A stretch of DNA of 64,000 nucleotides, from the IMG/VR virus record IMGVR_UViG_3300023109_000007, positions 32,001 through 96,000 of that record; one strand, given 5' to 3'. The position numbers and the translations under genes are program-made. This DNA comes from a virus. The notes under the pieces were generated by a model. That model was given only the letters and a program-made list of their open reading frames with translations. It did no database searches and had not been told where the DNA came from. Position 1 is the first letter of the stretch. Each line of letters begins with the position of its first letter. Below, piece by piece: positions 33,801-38,766 of this stretch.

Positions 33801-34719
33801 GAATAGTAAATTCTATTACTCCGCTTTCAATATATACATTTGCAATTTCTGTACCTTCTTCATCAAATCTAGATATTCCATTAGGATATAATTCACTAAT
33901 GTTTTCGTCATCTCCGATTTCAATACCGCCTTCACGTGGCTGTACAATAAATTCTCCAAGATCATATGACTCGCCAAATAATGTAGCATCAAATAATCCT
34001 TCTCCTCTAACACCTTCTCTTGTTGCTGTTATTACAGAATTGCCAGGTGTAAATGATCTTGATACTGCAAATGCCATTGGGTGGCCTGGTGTATCAATTT
34101 CAAACCTATATGTTTGACCTCTATATAATACAAGATTTGGGTTAGCAGTTAGTCCGTCTGGAGTAAACAAAAATGCAGTATCTTCTCCGGCAGTAGTTAA
34201 GCCTACTGAGTATGTACTTGTGACTGATTGAGATTGTCCTAACACTTCAACTGTTTGTGGACCAGTTGGTAACCAATAGTATTCTCTAAAGTTTACAAAT
34301 TTATCCCAATCAATATGTGGGTTCCACGGATGATAATCTTGGGCATAAGTTTCTGAATGATTAGTAGTGTTGCCGCCAAATACACCTATTTGGTTTGTAA
34401 TATCATTATAATCTTTGTAAAAATTAACAGTACCTAATTCGTCCTTTTGAACTATAGCTGGTTCAAATTGATAGTCTGTTCTTTGCTTAGATACGTCAGG
34501 AACATAATTATCTCCCGGTACAAATGCTTTTGCTGTTGTTCTTCCATAATAAGATGTAAGTTTTTCAGCTACGCCAGGTTGTATTAACTGATCTAAAGTT
34601 GCTTGTAAAAAGTTTACGTTTGCTGTTGTTCTAAAGTAACGAGGTAATAAATCTGAGCTACGTCTTTTTTCACCGCCTTCGCCCGGTAGTGGTTTATCGT
34701 TTTGATTATCTATAGCCAT
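18835..34719 (-). CDS. Giant (5294 aa) baseplate wedge / adhesin-like structural protein
   Basis: Single 15.9 kb ORF directly after gp6. N-terminus LLPRYFRT..FL is baseplate-wedge-like; carries FG-GAP-like propeller repeats, CBM5/12-like repeats and 'ITSIEIANPGSxY' repeats. Confidence 0.75.
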   Translation of the reverse strand: MAIDNQNDKPLPGEGGEKRRSSDLLPRYFRTTANVNFLQATLDQLIQPGVAEKLTSYYGRTTAKAFVPGDNYVPDVSKQRTDYQFEPAIVQKDELGTVNFYKDYNDITNQIGVFGGNTTNHSETYAQDYHPWNPHIDWDKFVNFREYYWLPTGPQTVEVLGQSQSVTSTYSVGLTTAGEDTAFLFTPDGLTANPNLVLYRGQTYRFEIDTPGHPMAFAVSRSFTPGNSVITATREGVRGEGLFDATLFGESYDLGEFIVQPREGGIEIGDDENISELYPNGISRFDEEGTEIANVYIESGVIEFTIPLNAPDFLFYISKNDLNTSGQVRIFDIEENTAINIDAEIIGKKEYTSSNGVKFTNGLKVEFLGKVTPNTYSEGTYYVEGVGSQITLVRDKDLIIPAAYASEKAVLFDSEGFDRLPFANQSSYAGTKDYIIINRAAPDKNPWARYNRWFHKDVIDYAALRNNQPSNIDQSARAKRPIIEFEPGLKLHNSGVFAKKDIDLIDNYTTDVFSIIEGSLGYSVDGVALAEGMRVLFAADTDILVNGKIYEVKFITTNNRRQITLIETADAIPQDLQTVLITQGVEFAGSLFYYDNLQWKASQAKAGVNINPTFDLFDANEVSYSDTTTYEASNFAGTKLFSYAQGEGTADSELGFPLEYQSIENSGDILFNFNLLTDTFVYQDAAGFYTVKTDTAFLKKYNNNKEYSYQNSWESTPTKMVQKIIRQYVSTIDQQNNFEVDVVDNAVNVTDLRVAVYVNKQLKSNFLDYELDRINGRVFVRFLTDLLENDVLELRVKTTADKNENGHYDFPINLERNPSNDDITQFTLGEVIDHVDSMVEDINAFSGIYPGPSNLRDIKNVNRYGKRFVKHTAPMNLAGYHITNKNFNIVKSLKQSKNDYAKFKRVFLQTAETLGYDGPIRTHVDLILKELNKDKTPNMPYYFSDMVPTGANNVIRNSVLDSRNPFYQLTSAFDASALSSKSVQVYLNGSLLTNGIDYSFSTEGFVLIIAEQNVGDEIEIVEWESTDGSFIPATPTKLGLYPKYEPAIFVDDTYQEETKVIQGHDGSIVIAFDDYRDNLLLELEKRIFNNIKFEYNQEIFNIHDYIPGYYRSTGIKYDDFNGSLLSSFVEWQQLVDADYTDNSFYDRGNQLTFNYSYMNAPNGEELPGFWRGVYRKAYDTDRPHTHPWEMLGITVKPTWWEDTYGKAPYTGDNLILWEDISEGLIKDPANTRRDVRYARPNLLKHIPVGSDGKIVSPLKANFAKNYVSRNTRNKFKFGDVSPVENAWRRSSEYPFAIISGLVLNKPNELFGRCFDLSRITPNLAGQHVYSTTGKFITLADIQFPNSYNGTERVITSGLINYLYSYISANVSSIYQEYKDELTTLTNQLGFKIGGFTDKSKFKLILDSRTPYNQGNVFVPEENYQIIFNTSSPLENQIYSGVTIEKQSGGFIVRGYAFDTPYFSYYPYIESTVDRTIIIGGISETFESWTPNRRFTEGAVIENAGRYYRVTTGFESTTVFTTDNLVSIPEVPVEGGKRAIIRKTFSKKIKKLNYGTQLRTSQDVVDFLLGYGKYLQDQGFVFDTFNANTDDVDDWTYSCKEFLFWTTQNWAAGTAISLSPAANVLQFKKDYAVVDNIFDNFYPYSILDADARQINKDFDHTIRQQNSFGMVLKNTEQGIYQAQLPLVQKEHVCLLDNTTQFGDTIFHPATGYRQERIKVIGYRSDEWAGGMDVPGFIYDDTNITVWDSYKDYVIGDVVKYKEFYYVALVNIPGSELFQTSSWQKLAEKPESQLMVNFDYKINQFADFYDLDSDNFDIEQQKLAQHLIGYQPRNYLANIINDDVSQYKFYQGMIQDKGTVNALSKLFDALNYAEKDSLEFFEEWAVQLGQYGATSKYKDVDFILDESKFRITPQPIELVDIKNPTRSDTAIEIQPYEVYSRDSEYQSKVFPKIDDVKEYIQSAGYVRTEDIKFRVRIKDDLLKIQTPQITVGDYVWVTDDNISFDYDWNVYQLVDTPYNITSITPEDEGADEITGSTTPFVRVNTTKFVGGDIKKGDVVGIYGAASSNLLNFLYVSEVSVDTMVLQLPDGVVVSAIENVNYLVARFRSVRVKDINELNTLIESYKDENQKVWIDKLDKSWSVIQNTENYVEQQVIFNPATSTDNFQKYGVALSVSDDNRNLMVSASDDNDGKVHYYRRSVETNNLVLTQTILPPDNIRVNDAVLTLSQSVNVVAGHKFKQGNCTATISQTTSGNTVYLENVRGQLNVEGANLISVNGTIETSLGNNGIFDSFVITQRDINFGSDIAISPDGNFLAVGTPDAAEIRTRFQGDFVPTQEYNKNDVISFREGLYKANRTIIPQQPSVEFNTFNSYTDIASQDDADSSLISLLLTGNPGLIDKPTDHFLIRAPKTAYLATEPGDSVSLTWNRFSRSNPTLDLTLPWDGDSGTLTYEDISDTHTIVQKVDLVIYVDTFTILPQIGNSVTTPTGSGEVYYIETQDDSVVMYLTNVNGVFDAFGDLYVNDADIMGTYNILADNVIDGLSGFWLVNVYSDAEKTVSKVYENGSTWIEIGTGLIYNDVKRQSDNRNIFEYFNLQNLISSIGSYTGQQQQAGQIINLTYLGDNGNLATPTTFATDKFVVRMSSEYQNKITDINGNILIDPDTGNNVKVRLQLYDLDNYVIDVASAGFTFEQLNKKHTITDIWDGFIDFEFTEFQNDLPYEPLVGSIVTDVQTPFDGFGGLSLSTRTTSRAEVVFYQRDFNKVRVYLKNISGDWSQLNNIGRYEIRREPDATLFPGQPGRVMGKIDSVLQDVAMGGNEIGGLMVFENTDGNLPLVSLPPVAEDPSWQYSKIVDEEYWFYDAVAQQGAQVPANYPDAFNRDYTQVYSIPVDEFGQVQNVNEGTISIFKFNGTSGFRYVDSFVSERASDNRGYGTKLKLVQSGLDYTLLVSSTSGTGQLEIIKHGVPVDKADNYFGEWGPLNTFEQGVIVEYQGEFYEAKRDVPQLEPVIDIGNTTYWNRISWRYGKDDDYRGLFQNDPVLDYAPGELVKYADPDDDSTLKLYKAKTKVDGTQPFSTNDWEIVTGGEDYLGYLPTETNNTLYESQMLFESKWPLTQFAKSFDLSKDGKLLVVLNEHSVEAKVESIDTDADTITIDSTAWLYIGMPVRVRIPNELDSSNAAAQSPLAENQTYYVHSILSDTTFRISSTLFDDETVRDATLAADTADSTWEYLALDEYAEGIYITNFTVDDTIATIGIYKLDGTKYMFKQMLEDTLTKDGIYHDIAVSDDGKFFAVSEPYNDSINIDQGRVLVYKENAAGVFELSQTLISPNNEQSELFGFNIDFSKNEIVITSKNGDITSPTTFDGTIVGNTEPTTTYDSGFTTFNNVLVNSGVVYVFENLNDSFVFAERFNYTGETQTFGEVLVINDNHTYVGMPRIEKDTYQGEIIDYRKPFNKSAWNIIRSPVDTVDIKLIEGMFLYNKRTNQKVLDLDYVDIIQGKLPGPAEQEIDYKVPYDPARYNVTPLEGMFDEGDPWGANYVGSVWYDISLSKFINAYQGDITFQKNNFNKLMPDYVVSVHEWVESDYSPAKWDELSETEIGYQAGITGQTVYSDAQYTQVVNYDSATQTFGSKFYFWVTRKTDVPKNSTNRKLSVLDIGNLIQNPAGNGYKHVALLAQDRFIVHNCDSLLNDKDIVLNVRWLANNDREQNVHTQYQIMSDGLETSKLNPEIEQKWFDSLVGYDAQMRQVPDPNLPVKLKYGNRFSPRQGMFVNKTEALKQVIERVNLVLAEKLIVDDFDLSPLTSSQSIPSKFTNLYDFEIDTVEELRFIGTSKIVQAQLTPVISNGAIRSVEITEPGRGYKDINFNPETDTIRKGPTVEIVGQGTGAEIQTFINNLGQVTSVEVINQGENYTNATRLLVRKLSVLVITDSTVYGKWSIYDWDNSSKEWFRKRVQEFDTSLFWSYADWYANGYNEFTDIDYSLQGTYELYGLENKIGDIVKISSVGTGGWLLLRKVANEDTEDFTINYETIGRQSGTIIFDNSLYDLLNNSLGYDVRSFDSYFYDNQPVQELRIILNTIRDNIFVDELEIEYNNLWFASLRYVFSEQLYVDWAFKTSFVKAKHNLGVLQQDITFNNDTLPSYEAYIKEAKPFKTSIREFVSNYEAIDESNSKISDFDVPAYYDTVSKKITVPIIKVVDDVVVSNNTKLNEFPRKDFTDNVGYEITSIEIANPGSKYTFTPKIIIEGGGGSGATAQAYLGRGAITKIEVTNPGSGYISAPTITIQGSQASGGIEASASVIIGNSLIRTALMKVKFDRTSGSMYIMDLDTAETFAGTGFKTSYNLEWPIANNSTKVKISVDGEEALRSEYTYYNKENNDKSYTRLQGVIDFTTPPSNLAVITVEYEKSVDMLHAQDRVNFFYNPTSGMLGKELNQLMDGIDYGGVQVRSFEFTGPSGWDSDSWYSTTWDSYINTFEDEVFIFDGSTISIKLGQPLEAATNYNVYVRLLGETEYTRIDGASPDSSDTTYDGPWIETLIGDGTTDIIELDELGITVKDGDSIIIRKETSDGSFEPDDLSFDTALSGGDLAYSTAKGIAAEEIIIDGDGFVTPTTSKGTEELVPGQLIDSLDIQVYERETGGQGMIYAQTFVLGANDTEFDLKIIPASVDSILVKLDNTLLSPSEYTIDWTNNKLVLDSANLAVNQVLSVVAVGTGQQNVLDTGRFVATGDTADYLTAVKHQESMSAYVTINGIKQDIILIEADDSFPNFGGNTVIRFESEPSTGALIDYVIFADDTIINVSQMARSSLIGDGSTVSFTLPSTPLYQTPLEYKMLVKVGNKVLNPGYNAEFTIPQDRQRQYQLELFQKPGGSISNVENNVKPFINGKAITFPNQWVFDSSNSIIELQPGVGKPGDILEVYIVGDGEYTITNNVITFVDTPGYDVSIELITFTNHDILNSERINYEVAARSLLTAGSKEYSTYHRLTTGEILLRKPVIDAQYVWISVNGELLIPSLDYHVTDDRTKVRIEQKLNPDDVIDVLSFSAPIATERFAYRQFKDMLNRTHFKRIDQATTTLTQNLNYYDLRIEVADGSTLPEPNKGKNIPGIIWINKERIEYLVKEDNTLRQLRRGTLGTSVNESITSGTSVYDQGPNKSIPYKDETITRIHTTDGSTKVIDLDFDPDNNAQVYNAAHDLEVSAVEFFEVFYQGRRLRKTSQLSFNPATALDSNEGDIILPPEFSVVGNILTLNIADPDTGIYGNYIPPANVQVHIIRKQGKVWNDPDTSLANSDNNIANFLRSGSINFIE

Positions 34720-37700
34720 TAGTAACTATAACCTCCGCTTGAAGAACTTCCCGAAGAACTACTAGAGCTACTTGAAGAAGAACTTGAACTGCTAACATTT
34801 GCTACATTACTACTACTTCTTGTGCTTAATACAGGAGCACTTTGTACCCCTACTACTTCTGCTGGTGTAGACGTAACAATTTTTCCAGACGACTGTAATT
34901 TAGAAGAAGTAATTTCGTCAATTACATCAATATCTTTTACTGTTGCGCCATTTATAAATATTTCATCGTTTTCTGAATTAATTTGGAATAGGCTTCCAAA
35001 TGATTGATCTGCTTGTTCTGGAACAATAAGAAAACTTACTAAATCAGGACTCATAAAATTCATTACATAAGAACTAAGTTCTTGAAAATAAAATGTGTCT
35101 CCAAAGTCCCAATTTTCTGTGCTAAAGAATCTATTAATTAAAGCAACTATACGTGATTTAATATCATTGTCATTTAGTACAAGATCAGGATTCTTTACAA
35201 CTTTAAATTTAACTTGCAAGTCAGGCATTGCTTTTGATCCAAATAATACTTTGTACTTAACAGGGTGATATATTATTTCATCACTTATTGATTTAATTGC
35301 ATTTAACTCTTTTCCATAAAGTCTAAATAATTCATCACTGCTAGGTGGCTTTGGTTTCATTGGCATTTCGCCTGAAAGATAAAGTCTAAACTGTGTATCA
35401 TAATTTCTACTTAATACATGAGTATCAATAATATTACTTAAACTTGGATCTATTCTATTTTCAGAATCAGCTACATGTAGGTAGTTAAACTTCAACGAGT
35501 TTCTACCAATATATGCTCTATAATTTGAAATTGTAGTTAAACTATTTGCAGTTGAATTATACTGTTTAAATACAGCTTCTTCAACTAGATAAAATATCTT
35601 TCCGTTGTTATTACTAATACGCTCTACTGCTGCTTCGTTTGTTACTTGTATAATATCTGCATTAGTATTATCAAAATATTTAAAGTCTTCAACACCATCA
35701 GACGTAGTATATAATTTTTGGTATATGTACTCATTAGCATTAACTATTTCTTCAAATATTTCAGGGTCATCAAATATGCCATCATTGTTTGAATCATAAA
35801 ATGTTACTTCTAATTTTCTAGTATCTCTGTATCCTGCTGGATCTCTAAATTCTTTAGCTGCACTCCATGTATAATCTTTATTAAACGGAACTCCAGAACC
35901 ATCAGGTTTTGAATTAATAGACAAAACATCTATTTTGTCTTTAAGAACTTTACCTGTCCTCGGATTAAAGACTTTATTTGCTTGATCAAAATAAAACTTT
36001 AGTTCGTCAGCACTTTCAAAAACATATCTTAAATTTCTGTAAGTTATTGTATATGTTTCACCATTTGTTTTGAAGTAAAGCAACCAACTAGAATCTAGTT
36101 GCTGTCCACTAACATCGCCTGTTTTACCTGTACTAAAGTCAGCTGTTGTATTAATGTTATCAGCTGTAATTAATTTCCAACGTCTTGCAATATCGTCATA
36201 TCTAATAGCATAATCGTTGTAAGCAAATGTTTGGTCAATAATCTGTGTCTTAAGGTCATCTAATAATACCGAAGACAATTTAGGTTTAATTTGTGTCAAT
36301 ATTGGTTTGATATTTGCATCGCCGTTTGAAACAGGTAATATTTCATTTAGAATAATATTTCCTATGTTGTTTGTTGTACCAGTACCGTCACCTGTAACAC
36401 TTACAACCTTTACCCATCTATATAAAGATGCGTTTGGATGATCAGCTGGTCCAGGCATTATAATATTTTCTGCATCGTCCATAAAGTGATAACCTTCTGG
36501 TGCAGCAAATCTTAACATCGATCCTGCTTCAATTAATCTTAAACTATTACTTGTAAATGCTCCAACTTTATATGATACTGCATCTTGGTCAATAAAGTTA
36601 CCTGTGTCAGCATTAGTTGACGTAGATGTTGACGACCATCGTGCATTTAAATCAGTAACAATAATTTTTGGATATTTTGCCCAATAAAAGTTTTTCATAT
36701 TAGTGCTAGTTAACAATCCTTGTATAGTATTATAAATTACACCTTCAACATCACTTTGTGTTACAAAACTAAAGTTATTCTTTTCGTCAAATTTTTGCTG
36801 GTACAAAATACCATCTGTTCCAAATAAATTTGTATTACTGTATTTTCCTGTAGTATCCTTTAAATCTAAATATCTGCTTATTCCGCTGCTAACTCTATTA
36901 ACTGATCTTGTCTTAATAATATCTTGGCTTACACCCAATGGTGCAACATTATAGTCTTCGCCTGTAATCATTCGATTTTGAGTATAATACGTTGCAGGAG
37001 CATTTGATTTTATGCTTTCATTTGACTCACTTTGTGTAGCATTATTAACAGCATACTTAAGACTCATTGTTATAGTAAGTTTTTCGTTAGTATTTTTTCT
37101 ACTAATGTAAGGTATAGAAATAGTAATATTTGACATACCTGCAGGATTAACAGAAAGATTTCTGTTAGCACTTGTTCTATAATATGTTCTAAAGTTGCCA
37201 GCTGGAAGATTGCCAAATACACCGTCACTAAACACTAGATTAATTCTATCACTAACTCTTGTAGCAACTGTAAATACGTTTCTAATATTTTTAGACAAAC
37301 TATTATAGATAATATTGTTACCTTCAACAGCAGCTAGTTTTGACCAAAGTTCGTTTTCAAATCCATTTGAATCAATGCTGTATAACCAGACATCACTGTT
37401 GTTTATGTTTGTTACATCAATAGCAATATTTTGATTAGGCGTTGGATTTTCAACAAAAAATTCTCCAGACTTTAGTGTTCCTTGTCTAAAGTGCATAAAG
37501 AAACCTGTATTAGAACTGCCAGCGCCTCTGCCGTCATCTCTAAATAGAAACGCAGGATTATTTCCTGGTAACGGTGGTTCTTCTAATATTTCTCCGTCTT
37601 GAATATCTGTACTTACTGCTTCAAATGCTACAGTAGTTCCTTCAACAGTTTTTGTAAACTTAAATCTTGGAATATCTGTGTTTAAAGAATTTAATCTGTA

Positions 37701-38258
37701 CTGCTCTGTAGATATGCCTGATACTTGTTCATTCTTTAGAGGTGTACCTACGCCGTTATTTGCAGGCAATGCTGCATTAAGTATTTTTGTAAATTGCTCA
37801 AACCAAGAGCTGCTACTAGCATCGTTCCAATTGACTGTAATACCAGCTAAATTTGTTCCTGAACTATCAATAAGTGTTTCAGTAGTTTTTATGCTATCAA
37901 ACTTTAATAGCCCTGATGCTGCTTGATTTCTTTTAGGATTATAAGAAATTAGTCTTGCTAAACGTAATATGCTTTCTCTACGTTCTGCTGTTTCAAGAAA
38001 GTTTTCTCTAGCATTTAAATCTGTTCTAAATGACAGATTTTGGCCGAGGAAAGCTATCATGTCAATTAGTGCTAAGAATTCACTAGATTCAATATAATCG
38101 TTAAAGTCTTCTGGATAATTTTGGCGCAGATAATTAATTAAAGTTCTGCGTAGGCTATCAAAATCATAACTTTGAAAATCAGCATTCCTGTATGATTGGT
38201 ATATGCGTTTCCAGTCTTCTGTTACTAACAGTCGATTTTGTCTATCTGTTGATGACAT
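34719..38258 (-). CDS. gp6: Baseplate wedge subunit, T4 gp6-like
   Basis: DFDSLR..LINYL..DFNDYIESS..LIDMIAF..ENFLETAERRESILRLA..YNPKR and APATYYTQNRMITGEDY motifs. Confidence 0.85.
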   Translation of the reverse strand: MSSTDRQNRLLVTEDWKRIYQSYRNADFQSYDFDSLRRTLINYLRQNYPEDFNDYIESSEFLALIDMIAFLGQNLSFRTDLNARENFLETAERRESILRLARLISYNPKRNQAASGLLKFDSIKTTETLIDSSGTNLAGITVNWNDASSSSWFEQFTKILNAALPANNGVGTPLKNEQVSGISTEQYRLNSLNTDIPRFKFTKTVEGTTVAFEAVSTDIQDGEILEEPPLPGNNPAFLFRDDGRGAGSSNTGFFMHFRQGTLKSGEFFVENPTPNQNIAIDVTNINNSDVWLYSIDSNGFENELWSKLAAVEGNNIIYNSLSKNIRNVFTVATRVSDRINLVFSDGVFGNLPAGNFRTYYRTSANRNLSVNPAGMSNITISIPYISRKNTNEKLTITMSLKYAVNNATQSESNESIKSNAPATYYTQNRMITGEDYNVAPLGVSQDIIKTRSVNRVSSGISRYLDLKDTTGKYSNTNLFGTDGILYQQKFDEKNNFSFVTQSDVEGVIYNTIQGLLTSTNMKNFYWAKYPKIIVTDLNARWSSTSTSTNADTGNFIDQDAVSYKVGAFTSNSLRLIEAGSMLRFAAPEGYHFMDDAENIIMPGPADHPNASLYRWVKVVSVTGDGTGTTNNIGNIILNEILPVSNGDANIKPILTQIKPKLSSVLLDDLKTQIIDQTFAYNDYAIRYDDIARRWKLITADNINTTADFSTGKTGDVSGQQLDSSWLLYFKTNGETYTITYRNLRYVFESADELKFYFDQANKVFNPRTGKVLKDKIDVLSINSKPDGSGVPFNKDYTWSAAKEFRDPAGYRDTRKLEVTFYDSNNDGIFDDPEIFEEIVNANEYIYQKLYTTSDGVEDFKYFDNTNADIIQVTNEAAVERISNNNGKIFYLVEEAVFKQYNSTANSLTTISNYRAYIGRNSLKFNYLHVADSENRIDPSLSNIIDTHVLSRNYDTQFRLYLSGEMPMKPKPPSSDELFRLYGKELNAIKSISDEIIYHPVKYKVLFGSKAMPDLQVKFKVVKNPDLVLNDNDIKSRIVALINRFFSTENWDFGDTFYFQELSSYVMNFMSPDLVSFLIVPEQADQSFGSLFQINSENDEIFINGATVKDIDVIDEITSSKLQSSGKIVTSTPAEVVGVQSAPVLSTRSSSNVANVSSSSSSSSSSSSSSGSSSSGGYSY

Positions 38259-38310
38259 TGGCAATTCCTCATTTGTTGTAGTATTTAGCGTTAGAGATTA
38301 ACTACTACTA

Positions 38311-38754
38311 TTATATCAGGCCGGCAGCCTGATCAAACTTAAATCGCAATGTTTCGGATATATCGAAAGCTATATATGTTAAATCTGCTTCAATTTGAAG
38401 ACCAAACTCATACGGAGTAACAGTGATAGTGTTAACTCCTACTCTAGGATCATAGTTTATAATTTCTGTAACGTTTTGAATTACTGCTTCTTTAACATCG
38501 TCAGTAAACGGTTCAAATAATATGTCCCAAATAATTGTACCAAATTCAGGATCTGATAATTTTTCGCCTTGTCTAATATGAAAGTGATTTATAATATCTT
38601 GTTTAATAATATCTAAATCGTATAATGCATAAGAATCTTTACTAATATCAACTGTTGAAAATCCTCTATAAGACCTTCCTTGCTTAGTATCCGTGGCTCG
38701 TGCAGCATTTTTTACTGTAACTCTTTTGTATAAATTCTTTTCAATAGTACTCAT
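38311..38754 (-). CDS. gp25: Baseplate wedge / sheath initiator, gp25-like
   Basis: GEKLSDPEFGTIIWDILFEP..I.NYDPRV, the GPW/gp25 signature. Confidence 0.9.
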   Translation of the reverse strand: MSTIEKNLYKRVTVKNAARATDTKQGRSYRGFSTVDISKDSYALYDLDIIKQDIINHFHIRQGEKLSDPEFGTIIWDILFEPFTDDVKEAVIQNVTEIINYDPRVGVNTITVTPYEFGLQIEADLTYIAFDISETLRFKFDQAAGLI

Positions 38755-38766
38755 AACGTATTTACC

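Noticed and set aside
18835-34719. Intein or intron explaining the size of the giant ORF
   Set aside because: No intein splice motifs or LAGLIDADG block recognised; size is explained by repeated structural modules.
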